This document shows, one piece after another, positions 13,016 through 25,080 of a DNA stretch of 64,000 bases. The stretch lies in contig NC_073400.1 of assembly GCF_028641065.1 (NCBI RefSeq), positions 8,246,001 to 8,310,000 on the forward strand, written 5' to 3'. The first letter of the stretch is position 1. Each line of letters starts with the position of its first letter. Source of the stretch: Leucoraja erinacea (Eukaryota). A model generated the notes under the pieces. The model was not told the DNA's origin. It saw only the letters and a program-made list of their open reading frames with translations, and ran no database searches. The position numbers were made by a program, and so were the translations under genes.

Positions 13016-13949
13016 TAAATTAAAGTACTTTCTACAAATAACTAGATCACTAATGCTTTCTCAACAAGAAGGGAGTTGCAAATAAATGGTGTAAGTAAAA
13101 TGGTAATAAACTTGGCCGTTACCTTTTCCCTGAGAAATAACAAAGGTTGAAGTTTTTTATGCATCTGAGGAAAATTAATTCCCATTAATTCCTGCTTCAT
13201 TGAAATAAATCTTTCCAAATACACTTTCAAACACCAGACAATCTCAATTTCCAATCACATTTTCCAGAGTTATTTTGCTTTTTCTTCCTCCAAATGCACA
13301 ACCAAATAATCTTGGGTTGGACAGTTAAAGGCAAACCAAACTATGCTTTGATGCTACTACTATCTTTTGTCTTCGACCCACAACTAAATTCATGTGGCAT
13401 GTTTTCCATGCAAAATTCAATCAACATTCATTAATGGAAAACAATGCACTCTAACATGTCAAAGCCATATGGAGCTATATACTAATGAAACAAAACAATG
13501 AAGAATAAAATGAAATGGGTAAAACCTTTCTGCATGAACCTTATGATACGATACTCGTCTTTTACAGATTTGATGTTGGTTTTACTATTTCCGTTATCCA
13601 TATGAATGGAATAATCTGTCAGCCATATTTATCTCTTGTCAAAATTACTCGCTATCAGGAACTATTTATGTTTGAGAAACACAAATTATCAGTGTGAGTT
13701 TATGGAGAACGTAGTATTCAAATGTAAAATAATTGAACGAGAGGCAAGAGACATAGGCTTCTCCTTAACCCAATCTGATGAGAACAGATGTATACGAGGG
13801 CAAACAATGAAACTCCATTCAGAAGACACTAATTCACTGAAAACTTGTGAATAAATTGGGATTTTGGCATTGAGTGGATGAAGATTTATTTTGGTGGACA
13901 GCATACCAACTTACATTTGAAGCTAAAGGGCTGGAAATGAACTGTCAAA

Positions 13950-14632
13950 GACTGAGCAAAAAATAAATTGTTGGAGGAAATCGGCAGGTCCGACAGAATC
14001 TGTGGAGGGAAATTGACAGACGACATTTTGGGTCAGGACTCTCCTTCAGACAGTCGAAACACAAGAGACTTTCCCTTGCAACCGCAGGAAATGCTACACT
14101 TGTCGCTTTACCTCCCCCCTCGACTTCATCCAAGGACCCAAGCAGTCTTTCCAGGTGAGGCAGGGAATCACCTGCACCTCCTCCAACCACATCTACTGCA
14201 TCTGCTGTTCCAGGTGTCAACTTCTCTACATCGGTGAGACCAACTTGGCGATCGCTTCGCCCAATACCTCCGCTCAGTTCGTAATAACCAACCTGATTTC
14301 CCGGTGTCTCAGCACTTCAACTCCCTCTCCCATTCCAAATCCGACCTTTCTGTCCTGGGCCTCCGCCTTACCAGAGTGAGGCCCAGCGCAAATTGGAGGA
14401 GCAGCACCTCATATTTTGCTTGGGTAGTTTACACCCCAGCAGTATGAACAATGACTTCTCCAATTTCAGGTAGACCTTGCTTTCTCCCTCCTTCCCCTCC
14501 CCAAGCCTACTGTCTCAGCCTCTTCCTTTCCTTCCTTCCCCCCCACCAAACATCAGTCTGAAGGGTCACCTATTCCTTCTCTCCATTGATGCTGCCTCAC
14601 CCGCTGAGTTTCTCCAGCATTTTTGTCTATCT
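13950..14632 (+). mobile_element. Penelope-like element fragment with GIY-YIG domain, preceded by an inverted terminal-repeat piece
   Basis: CNRRKCYTC and FQVRQGITCTSSNHIYCICCSRCQLLYIGET. The 3' part matches 1450-1919. Inverted terminal repeat at ~13950-14055. Confidence 0.85.
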
Positions 14633-15939
14633 TTGGTTTGCTGTGCATTCAGAATCTGTGTTCATTGGAGTGGGAATTATTTGTCTGAAGATTAGCAGTA
14701 AAAGGGTTAATTTATCCACTTGTTGGTCTTTGTCCTGTGGTATGTTTTAACTTATTTTTTTTTTTTTAAGGTTGAATTATCTTATAAGTTTGTAAATTGT
14801 TGAATGAACAAATTAATAAGAATTTCCCATTTTTTGCGAGGAGGTTTAACTCTGCCAACAGCTGAGGTTGAAGCCTCATCTTTAACCATATACACCCTGC
14901 ACAGGTAAATGTAGAAGAATTTTGCAGTGGGTGAAATAAGCTCCACGTTTTCTGAATAGCAAAAGACTGGTGGCATGGAAATGCAGCAAGAAATTTTTTG
15001 AGGACACCAAAATACTAAACCAGTCACTATTATATTATCCCATTGAAATACTGCTACAAACAAAAACATATTGGACAAGAAATCACAAGCCCATCTAATA
15101 CCAAATGCCAAGCATTAAGCAGGTATTTCACATTGAAATAAAATTGTACGTGGGGAAACACACTGGGCTCCATGTATTTTTAAAGGACGTCTTTGCAAAA
15201 ATATTTTAACATAATGAAGCATATGAAGTAGAATGGTAATTTAAAGCAAAGCAGTTACTTTGTTAATGATGTACTGTACTTTGATGCAAAAAGCAATCTA
15301 TTTTGGGTGCAAGTCCACCGCCACCCACCCCGAGGCTAAGTGCACCCAAACACAAGATCACCTTGTCCTGGCTCAAGCTCACATGAGTTGTTTTATAACC
15401 TGCATTTTACAAATGCACGACTTTCAAAATTGGTGCAGTGAATCCCAAATCTTAAAGCAATACAACAAAGCTAAAGTCCTATAGACTGCAAGGTTAAAAC
15501 TGAGCTTGACAGGCCAAGTTATAAATGTATACATCTCCACTGCCTCTGCGTTGCTCGGCCAGTCCACACTATTTAAGACCAAGCAGCCCACAGAATTAGA
15601 ATCCCACCCACTATTTAAACTAAACTGGACAAGGTTTAAATTATGATCTTATACGTGGATACCTACAACTTATACGGGCACACCACCGCGAAATGACCTC
15701 AATAGAATCACTTACCATACTGGATTAGGAAGAGAATGTTATTCCTTTTTCACCACTTAAAATCCCACAGCACCCCACCCTGGTACAATATTGGTATGTC
15801 TCCACCATATTTCAAGAGAAATCATCACCAACACCACAAAGCAACTGTGGAAATCACCGTCCAGTTTGGCTAGTGACACCTACATACGAATCAACATTTC
15901 TACACAGACTGAATAACTCTCCCCTAAAATGTAATAACA

Positions 15940-16131
15940 AGGAACTGCAAATGCTGGTGTATACAAAGATAGACACAAAATGCTAGAATAACTTAGCGGG
16001 CCAGGCAGCATCCCTGTAGGATATGGATAGGTGAAGTGTCTGAAAATGGGTTCCGACCCAAAACATCACCTATCCATGTTCTGCAGCGATGCTGCCAGAC
16101 CTGTTGAGTTACTCCATTGTGCATCTATCTT
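15940..16131. mobile_element. Palindromic short element made of two inverted Penelope terminal-repeat halves
   Basis: GGCAGCATC...ATGGATAGGTGA in the left arm pairs with TCACCTATCCAT...GATGCTGCC in the right arm. Degenerate hammerhead motif in the loop. Confidence 0.7.
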
Positions 16132-16739
16132 CACTCAAAATTATTGTTTCAGAGTTAAAAGTTGTGTGTATTCGTGTGACTATGTATGAAACTATGTACG
16201 ATTCAACTCTAATACCTGTAACAACGAACGAATAGGGCAAAAGTGAGGAGGTTGGTGTACTTAGCTTATCAGTTTAATAGTTTTATTATAGCTAAACAGA
16301 TTTCTGGATTTTTTTTAATTTAATCGATTAACAATTTAATTGGCAAAATTTACAAGACCAGGACCATATTCCAAACCTTGTAAAAAAAGCTATTGAGAAC
16401 TTCCGGAAAAAATGTTTCCACGTCTCCTTATAAGTGAATTGAGGGAAATATCCAGCCAATCCCCACCATGTCTTAACAACCATAGGGACACAAGGAAAGG
16501 TAAATAATATGCAGGAACGTTGTTCAGAAACAGCAGGTAAATTGGTCGAGTGTTGTCGCATCACTAAACCATGTAACTTTTAAGTACAGCTGCAAAATGA
16601 CGCGGCTAGAATAGATGGGACGGCAATTTACCAAGCCTTTTGATGTGCAATTACAGAAGGTCGGGACAGAGGCTCCTCCTTAAATCTCCAGGAATCACCC
16701 CTTCGGTAACGGAGGTAGGAGTGAATGAGAGCGTCATCC

Positions 16740-17340
16740 CTCCTCCTGCTGCCGTTTATGTAATTCACGGGAAGACGCGCAACAACAAGGCCCGGAATCG
16801 GCGCTTTCGGCCTATCAAAGGGAGGGGGAGGAGGTAAGAAGGGCCTGGAGAGGCCTGCGACTTACCAATTGGTCATGTCCAGGAAGAACGCACAGCCGGC
16901 CGGGTTGAGCTGGAAGCCCAGCAGCCTCTGAAACTCGGAAATCAGCACATCCTTGTCTGTGGTTCCCATGCAGCTAAATTTCTGCATCAGGTCTTGATCT
17001 AAGTCCATGTCCACGTCCATGTCTTTTCTCTGTCGGTCTCTCTTTCTCTCGTCCCGTGAAGTGCCGCCGGGCCGCCTGGCGCTGGGGGGCCCCCGCTCAG
17101 CTGGCTGTAAACGGGCGCGCTGTGACGTGTGACTCTAGGCCCGGGCCTACCCCTTCAACATTGTCGCTGCTACCTCGTCTCGATGGCGTCCGCTTCAATA
17201 ACACGGTCCCCTCTCTCGCAGGCCATGCGCATGCGCACCCTGCCCTCCCCGCGAGTCACACTCACTCGCCTCGCGTCACCCACCCGTGACGTCACACTCG
17301 CCCGTGGCGTCATTGAGCGGCTGAAGATGGCGGCCCCCAA
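16740..17340. promoter_or_regulatory. CpG-island promoter of ILRUN with NRF1, CRE and YY1 motifs
   Basis: High GC and CpG. TGCGCATGCGCA 17226-17237, TGACGTCA 17287-17294, AAGATGGCGGC 17324-17334. Confidence 0.8.
16866..17020 (-). CDS. ILRUN: ILRUN (C6orf106) coding exon 1, N-terminal UBA-like region
   Basis: MDVDMDLDQDLMQKFSCMGTTDKDVLISEFQRLLGFQLNPAGCAFFLDMTN(W) matches the recalled vertebrate ILRUN N-terminus. Phase-2 donor TG|GTAAGT. Exon 2 not found, so intron 1 probably runs past position 1. Confidence 0.96.
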
Positions 17341-18349
17341 ATCAGTTGCAGTGACAAATAATGGTGTGGTGGGGATCAACACTGTCACCATTTGAAAGGA
17401 CTGAACATTGTGAGGAGCTCTGAACCCCCCTAAAAGGGTCTCTCTTTTTTGTAGATAAATAAGGTTTAATAAATTAGCAGCAAAACAGAAATATCTGGAA
17501 CAAAGTGATGAAGCATTTGAGGAGAGAAGAGAAAAGTGAATGTTTTAGCTGCACTGTCACCATTTGAAATAGGTGAAAGGACTGACCATTCAGTGAGAGG
17601 AGTTCTAAAACTTCCAAGAAGGGTATTTTTTCTGTTTGTAGATAAATAAGAATTGTATTGCAAATTAAGAGCAAAACAGAAGTCCCTGGAAACTTAAAGT
17701 GATGAAGCATCTGAGGAGAGAAGAGAGGTTATTGTTTTGGAGATATCTATCGAAACAAGGTGGATATAAAATTCAACAGGATTTTATAAAAATAATCAGA
17801 TGGGAACAGGAAACGCATAAGAATATTAAGAGCAAAACAAATCCTTGGAAACCTAAAAGGTTGTGAAACATCTGTTAAGAGAATAATTACGTTAATGTTT
17901 CATAGTCTATTGGATATTGAACAGTGTATTTTGTAAAGAATTAAATGGGAACATGGAAATGCATAAGAAAATTTTAAAATGAAGTTACTGGAAATGTGAA
18001 AGAACAATAAAACAACAGAAAAACTAAGCACGTCTGCGAAAAGAGAAACAATTAATATTTCAGGCCTCCATCCCAACAAATGGGCATGTTTCCACAGAAA
18101 CAACCTCACCTGCTGAAGTTTTTTGCCTCCAACATTTTGAGTTTTTATTTTACAGCATTTGAATGTGCTCTGTCAGTGGTGGCAAAAGAAAGAGATGGCT
18201 AGAATGATGATTGAAGGCTTGGATGCAGAGTGTTGCTAATGAGGGAATTAAATCAAGAGTACTTGGATGGAAAACAATATGATTAAATGACAAGATGAAA
18301 CGACTAAATTAAAAAAATAGAGCTATAAATAAAATACAAAATAATTTCA

Positions 18350-18700
18350 GAGTTGACGTGGAAAAACTTTTCCCACTGAGAGTAGGGAAGATTCAAACAA
18401 GGGGACATGACTTGAGAATTAAGGGAGTGAAGTTTAGGGGTAACATGAGGGGGAACTTCTTTACTCAGAGAGTGGTAGCTGTGTGGAATGAGCTTCCAGT
18501 GAAGGTGGTGGAGGCAGGTTTGTTTTTATCATTTAAAAATAAATTGGATAGTTATATGGATGGGAAGGGAATGGAGGGTTATGGTCTGAGCGCAGGTATA
18601 TGGGACTAGGGGAGATTATGTGTTCGGCACGGACTAGAAGGGTCGAGATGGCCTGTTTCCGTGCTGTAATTGTTATATGGTTATTATATGGTTATATTGG
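18350..18700 (+). mobile_element. CR1 LINE 3' fragment (different subfamily, TATATGGT-repeat tail)
   Basis: TRGHDLRIKG and FFTQRVVAVWNELP, followed by a CR1-type 3' UTR. Confidence 0.85.
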
Positions 18701-20054
18701 TAGGGAGATGGAGATAGCAGGAGCCGTAATATGTAGAAATGGAAACACAAAAATAATTCAGAGTAAAGGCACAGGGAAACAAGGACAGTAAAGTACCCAA
18801 GGTGCGAACAACCCTACCAGCCTTCTGTTCCAACAAATGATCCCAATTGGAAGAATCAACTGATTTCCTCTTGCCTCTGGAAAGCCTGTCCACATTAATG
18901 ATATTCATGCCCAAGAACAAGTGGGAATTTTGAAGATAGAAACCAAAATGCTGAAGTAACTCAGCGGGACAGGCAGCATCTCTGGAGAGAAGGAGTGGAT
19001 GTTTAAGGTCGAGACCTGTATTATGGTTGAGATCTCAAGCCATTGAAGTGGTTTGGAAGATATAAAGTTTATCAGGTACTTCATGATAAAATAGTGATAA
19101 AATAGAACATTTCAGGATTAAATGCAACAGTGTGAAAAATTTTAAACATATAATATGTTCTGTCATTAAACTCTTTCTATTAGTTCCATCAGATGTTTTG
19201 TTCGAGTAACTACTGGGAGTTTTAAAAGTCACCAAAAAGTGAGTATTAAGTGCTTTGTTCAGTTACTTGTGGCATGAGGTGGTCCCTCAGCCTCAAAATA
19301 AATTAGCAAGTGTATTAATTAATATTAAATACACTTTTAGATGTCTGAATCAGAAGGTTCGCTGTAGAAGTTTGAAACTATAATTGTGAAATACAATACT
19401 TTTATAGGAATGGTTTGTTAATCATAAAACATAGCAACAGCGTTAGACTGATGGCCTGACAAATAAATTGCCAGACTAGAAACTCAGAAGCCTGAATGGA
19501 CGATCTCAAGATAATTGTTCATATCTGACCATAGCAATCCTGGAATTTTTAAAAAGTTAATAATGTACATGTTTTAAGAAGATTTTAATAATAACTTTTA
19601 ACAACCCGAATTTTTGTTAAAAACCCATCTGGTTCACTAATTACCCTCATTAAATTCCTTCGCGGGAGGAAATTTGCTTTTGTTTGTACTTGTGATCTGG
19701 CCATCCAGCAGTGTTGTTGAGTCTTAAATGTCCCAGCAGACCACTTAGTTTATAAAACTACCTTGGTAAAGCAGCAATAGAATGCCACAACATAAGCAGT
19801 GAATTCTGACACTACTCGTCACAATTAGCCTGGTTGATTTTGTAATGTCCCCACAAATGTGAGCAGTGGCTTCTAAACTGAGAGAGCTGTCCCACAGACT
19901 GATTATTTCTTTCCTTGCGCACAATGTGTCAGATTCACTTATCACAATTTCAGGATATGAATTGTCCCATGGTTAGTGCAGACTCACTAGAGGCATTCGA
20001 ACAGTTGGATACAGGCAAGAGGGAGAGGCTTGGGAGTTCTCAACATTGACTCCA

Positions 20055-20373
20055 GGGCAGCACAGTGGCCCAGCTGGTAGAGCTGCTGCCTCGCAGTGCA
20101 AGACAACTGGGTTCAATCCTGTCTTCGGGTGATATCTGTGTAGGGTTTGCACTCTTTCGCTGTGACTGCATGGGTTTTCGCTGGTTTTCTCCCACACCCC
20201 AAAGACATGCAGGTTTGTGGGTTAATTGACCTCTGTAAAATTGCCCCTAATGTGCAGAGAATGGATGAGAAAGTGGGATTGCATAGCTATAGTGTGAAGG
20301 GGTGATCGATGGTCAGTGTGGACTCCATGGGCTGAAGAGCCCGTTTCTATGTTGTATTGCTAAACAAAATAAA
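20055..20373 (+). mobile_element. tRNA-derived V-SINE (HE1-like)
   Basis: A box TGGCCCAGCTGG, B box GGTTCAATCC, V-domain-like core CTCCCACACCCCAAAGAC, CR1-type tail. Confidence 0.85.
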
Positions 20374-20409
20374 CGCATGGCATTCGTCAACAAGGGGCAA
20401 AGAATTGGG

Positions 20410-22030
20410 ATTTGTTTACTATTGTCATGTGAACTGAGGTACAGTGAAAAGTTTTTTTTGCACACTATCCAATTAAATCAGATCATACGATACATAAGTA
20501 CAACTATCCACGACCAAGTACAAAAAATAGAGCAAAGAGAAAAATACCTGAGTGCATTATATAGTTTACAACAATTACAATTCCAGAGAAAAATATCCAA
20601 TGTCCACCATGAGATAGGTTGGAAGATCATGACCATACACCAGCTTATCAGTAGTCTGATAACAGGGGGAAAAGCTCTACCTGACTGGTTGTATGTGCTT
20701 TCATGCTTTTATATATTCTGCTCCATGAGAGGGGAGAAAGGGAATGACTGGAGTGAAAACATCCTTGATTACGTTGCCTGTTTTTCTGCGGCAGCATGAA
20801 GTGTAGATGGAATCCATAGTGGAGTGTCTGGTCAGTGAGATAGTCTGTAAGACTTCCACAAATCTGCAATTTCTTGCGCTCTTGGGCAGAGCTGTTCCTA
20901 AGCCAAGCTGTGATGCAACCCGACAATATGATTTTTATGTATATCTGTAGAAGTTGGTTAAAGTCGCTGGAGACATGCTGAACTTCTTACATCTTTTTTT
21001 ACCATAGCTTCAATGTGGTTGGTGCAGGACAGATTGAAGGAGATATTTAGATACTTGAAATTCCCGATCATGTTCACTTCAGCACTGGGATATGTGCTCC
21101 ACCATGCTTGATGAAGTCAATAACTATCTCCTCAACATGCTGCTGAGGGAGAAATTGTTGTCCTGTCACCATGATACTAAGCTCTCTTTATCTCCATTCC
21201 ATCTCGTCATTGATCAAGATTCTGCTGACTACATTGATATTATTTGTAAAGGCGTTAGAGCAGAATTTGCACGCACAGCCATGAGTGTAGTAAGAGGCTG
21301 AGAAGATATTGTTGTGGAGCACCAGTGTTGAGAATGATTGTGGAGGATCTATTGTCACCTATCCTCTCTAATTGAAGTCAATGGATCAGAAAATCAAGGA
21401 TCCAGACACAGAGGAAGGTGTTGATGCCCATGTTAATTTGGAGATTGATTTTGCATGGAATTATGGTGTTGAAGGCAGAGATATAGTTAATAAATAGTAG
21501 TCTGATGTAGGTGCTCTTGTTAGACATTCCAGAGATAAGTGTAGGACAAGGCGGATGACTTCTGCTGTGGAGCTATTTTGACAGTAAGCAAACTACAGTG
21601 GATCAAGTGCTGGTTTACACCGAAGATGGACACAAAATGCTGGAGTATCTCAACGGGACAGGCAGCATCTCTGGATAGAAAGAATGGATGACGTTTTGGG
21701 TCAAGACCCTTCAGTGGATCAAGGCTGTCTTGGAGACTAGAGTTAATGCATTTCCTGATGGTGGATGACGGAGCCACTGGAGAGTAGACATTAAGGCACA
21801 TTGCTTTTATTTAGGACTGGGATTATAATGATCTTCTTAAAGCAGGTGGCAACCTCGGAACCAGGAGAGATTAAAGAGAAAATAGAGAGAGATCCATGAA
21901 TACTCCTGCCAGTTGGTCCACACATTTCCTGAGGACATGACTGGGGGCTCAATCCAGGCCAGTTTCTTTCCATGAATTCACTCTCAGGAAGGTTCATCTT
22001 GGATCTACTACAGTGACCAAGGTTACAGGC
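20410..22030 (-). mobile_element. Rex1/Babar-clade LINE, decayed, with a Penelope-derived insert at 21608-21711
   Basis: Minus-strand YIRLLFINYISAFNTIIP and CFKKIIIIPVLNKS..CLNVYSPVA. The insert is flanked by 12-bp TSD CAGTGGATCAAG (21596-21607, 21712-21723). Confidence 0.75.
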
Positions 22031-22045
22031 GTGTCCGAGACTTGT

Positions 22046-22577
22046 TTGTTTTTTTTAATTTTATTTTTATTAGAAGTACGGTAAATTACAATCCTACACA
22101 ACACATATATCTTAATACATTTTTTGTACCGCTTCATTTTTTTTGAGCTTTAAGAAAAAGGTAGAAGTAAGGAAAGTAAAGAAAGTGCGCGAGAGTCGTG
22201 AAGTGCAAGAGTGTTGGGAAAAGAAAGCCCCTTAGAAAAGAAGTTAGAGAAGGAAGTGAGAAAATAGACCCTAGAAAAGAAAGAAAGAGAAAATAGAAAA
22301 GTCGCTCTATTATAACATTAAACTACGCAGAAAGGGGACTACCAACCTTTTTTACCTCCCGTTACCAGGTCCTGAAAAAATTATTTATATATTGTTTTTT
22401 TTTTTAAACTATTACCTCATACTGAAACATCCAGAAACATAGACCACGTCTTTTGGAATTGGTCTGCTTTACCTGCTAAGAGGAATCTCATCTCTTCCAG
22501 ATGTAATGTTTCAAACATATTTGATATCCACATTTTTATTGTTGGTGTGGGCGCATTTTTCCAGAATTTAAGTATAA
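22046..22577 (-). mobile_element. 5'-truncated L1-clade LINE (ORF2 C-terminus, 3' UTR, A-rich tail)
   Basis: Minus strand reads LILKFWKNAPTPTIKMWISNMFETLHLEEMRF...FQKTW. Perfect 15-bp TSD GTGTCCGAGACTTGT (22031-22045, 22578-22592). Confidence 0.82.
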
Positions 22578-22785
22578 GTGTCCGAGACTTGTGGGCGTAC
22601 GCCCCACGTTGGGAACCGACCTTCTATTTAAAGTGAACAAGTTCAAGTTCAAGAGAGTTTATTGTCATGTGTCCCAGATAGGACAATGAAATTCTTGCTT
22701 TGCTTCAGCACAACAGAATATAGAAGGCATAAATACAGAACAGATCAGTGTGTCCATATACCATTGTATAAATATATATACACAC

Positions 22786-23445
22786 ATAGAAAATAGGTGC
22801 AGGAGGAGGCCATTTGGCCCTTCGAGCCAGTACCGCCATTCATTGTAATCATGGCTGATCGTCCCCTGTCAATAACCCGTGCCTGCCTTCTCCCAATATC
22901 CCTTGACTCCACTACCCCCTAGAGCTCTATCTAACTCTCTCTTAAATCCATCCAGTGACTTGGCCTCCACTGCCCTCTGTGGCAGGGAATTCCATAAATT
23001 CACAACTCTCTGGGTGAAAACGTTTTTTCTCACCTCAGTCTTAAATGACCTCCCCTTTATTCTAAGACTATGGCCCCTGGTTCTGGATTTGCCCAACATT
23101 GGGAACATTTTTCCTGCATCTAGCTTGTCCAGTCCTTTTATAATTTTATATGTTTCTATAGATCCCCCCTCTCCTTCTAAACTCCAGTGAATACAAGCCT
23201 AGTCTTTTCAATCTTTCCTCATATGACAGTCCCGCCATCCCAGGGATCAATCTCGTGAACCTACGCTGCACTGCCTCAATCACAGGGATGTCCTTCCTCA
23301 AATTAGGAGACCAAAACTGTACACAATAGTCTAGATGTGGTCTCACCAGAGCCCTATACAACTGCAGAAGAACCTCTATACTGAAATCCTCTTGTTATGA
23401 AGGCCAAGATTCCATTAGCTTTCTTCACTGCCTGCTGTATCTGCC
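22786..23445 (-). mobile_element. CR1 (HER1-like) 3' fragment nested in a Rex-type 3' UTR fragment (~22640-23550)
   Basis: [40 protein letters not shown]. Confidence 0.9.
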
Positions 23446-23569
23446 AATACATCAATAAATAAAACAGATAAAGTGCAAATAAACAGATCATGGGCTGTTA
23501 ATGTTCAGAGTTTTGTTTGAGTTGAGTTCAATAGCCTGGTGGCTGTGGGACATACAATGAATTGAGTTT

Positions 23570-24110
23570 AATTTATAGAGTTTGAATTTGGTTTATTGTC
23601 ACGTGTACTGGGGTACAATGAAAAGCTTTTGTTGCGTGCTAATCAGTCAGCAGAAAGACAATGCATGATTATAATCGAGCCAGTCACAGTGTACAGATAC
23701 AATATAAAGGGATTAACGTGAATAATGTTTAGTGCAAGATAAAGCCAGTAAAGTCCGATCATAGATAGTCTGAGGGTCTCCAATGAGGTAGATAGTAGTT
23801 CAGGACTGCTCTCTAGTTGTTGGTAGGGTGGTTCAATTGCCTGATAACAACTGAGAAGAAACTACCCCTGAATCTGGTGTGTGTTTTCACACTTCTATAC
23901 CTTTTGCCCAATGGGAAAGGGGAGAAGAGGGAATGGCCAGGATGCTACTCCTCCTTATGCTGGTGGCCTTGCCGAGGCAGCTTGAGGTGTAAATGGAGTT
24001 AATGGAAGGGAGTTTTGGTTTGTGATCTGGGCTGTGTTCACAATTCTCTTCAATTTCTTGTGGTCTAGGATGGAGCTGTTCCCAAACTATTCGGTGGTGT
24101 ATCCCGTTAT
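23570..24110 (-). mobile_element. Rex1/Babar-like LINE 3' fragment
   Basis: Resembles 20410-20950. Minus-strand GTGACAATAAA tail and degenerate C-terminal coding remnant. Confidence 0.6.
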
Positions 24111-24910
24111 TTCCTTTTCTTTCCTGCAATTAGACCCACAGTTGAATCTGAGTGGGTATTGGTATGATAGCTGGCTTTCATAGCCCTATCATCACTCGGG
24201 GATGCAACGGCTGTCAGTCTAGGTTCCCCTCCATCTCCTCATTGGGTGAAGTTGCATTTACCTCCAGCCTGCCTGGCCATCTTTTCTAAACTTTGAGCCA
24301 GTCTCTCGGTCTGAAGAAGGGTCTTGACCCGAAACATCACCCATTCCTTTTCTCCAGAGGTGCTGCCTGTTCCACTGAGTTACTCCAGCATTTTGTGTCT
24401 ATCTTCAGTTTAAACCAGCATCTGCAGTTCCTTCCTACACTGTTCTTGAGACTTGTCATTGCCGGCGTTCTTTGGCCATTACTATTTCTTCAAACTTTGC
24501 AATTCTGAACCGTCTGGCCAAATTTGCCAAAAGTCTATCACTCTCTGCTTTAACATGATTTTATCTTCACCGACTCTACTGCCTTGTACCCTTCATATCA
24601 CCACTGCCTTCATATCACCACTGGTCATGCATACTGGTCGAGCCTACAGTCCTGATTCAATTCCTGTACCTGTCCTCTCGTTCCTCCATCTATTCAAAAT
24701 CTAACATGTTGCGCCTCATAAAATGTAATCAAACAATGTGACCTTCAAACCTCTGTTATTACTAGATCCCCCAGATCAAATCTTGACAGGGCTACATTTG
24801 TAAAACGCTGTATGAACAAGCAGGACCTCTAACCATCTGTTGATTTTCTCCAGTCAACTGAAGTCGGGTCCAATGCTCCTTCCTATATTTCATTGTGAAT
24901 AAGCCATAAT

Positions 24911-25035
24911 AATAATCTTTATTTATATAGCACTTTTCAACAAAACCAGTATTTGAACCAAAGTGCTTTACAGAGTTTGATTAAATTAATAGAACAGACC
25001 AAATGTCAATATATCCATACAAAAACAAAAAAGAG

Positions 25036-25067
<32 letters not shown>

Positions 25068-25080
25068 GTTTAAAAAAAAA
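24911..25080 (-). mobile_element. Short L2-type 3' tail insertion
   Basis: Minus strand GTAAAGCACTTT...AAAGTGCTATATAAATAAA plus (TTA)n. 13-bp TSD AATAAGCCATAAT (24898-24910, 25081-25093). Confidence 0.7.
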
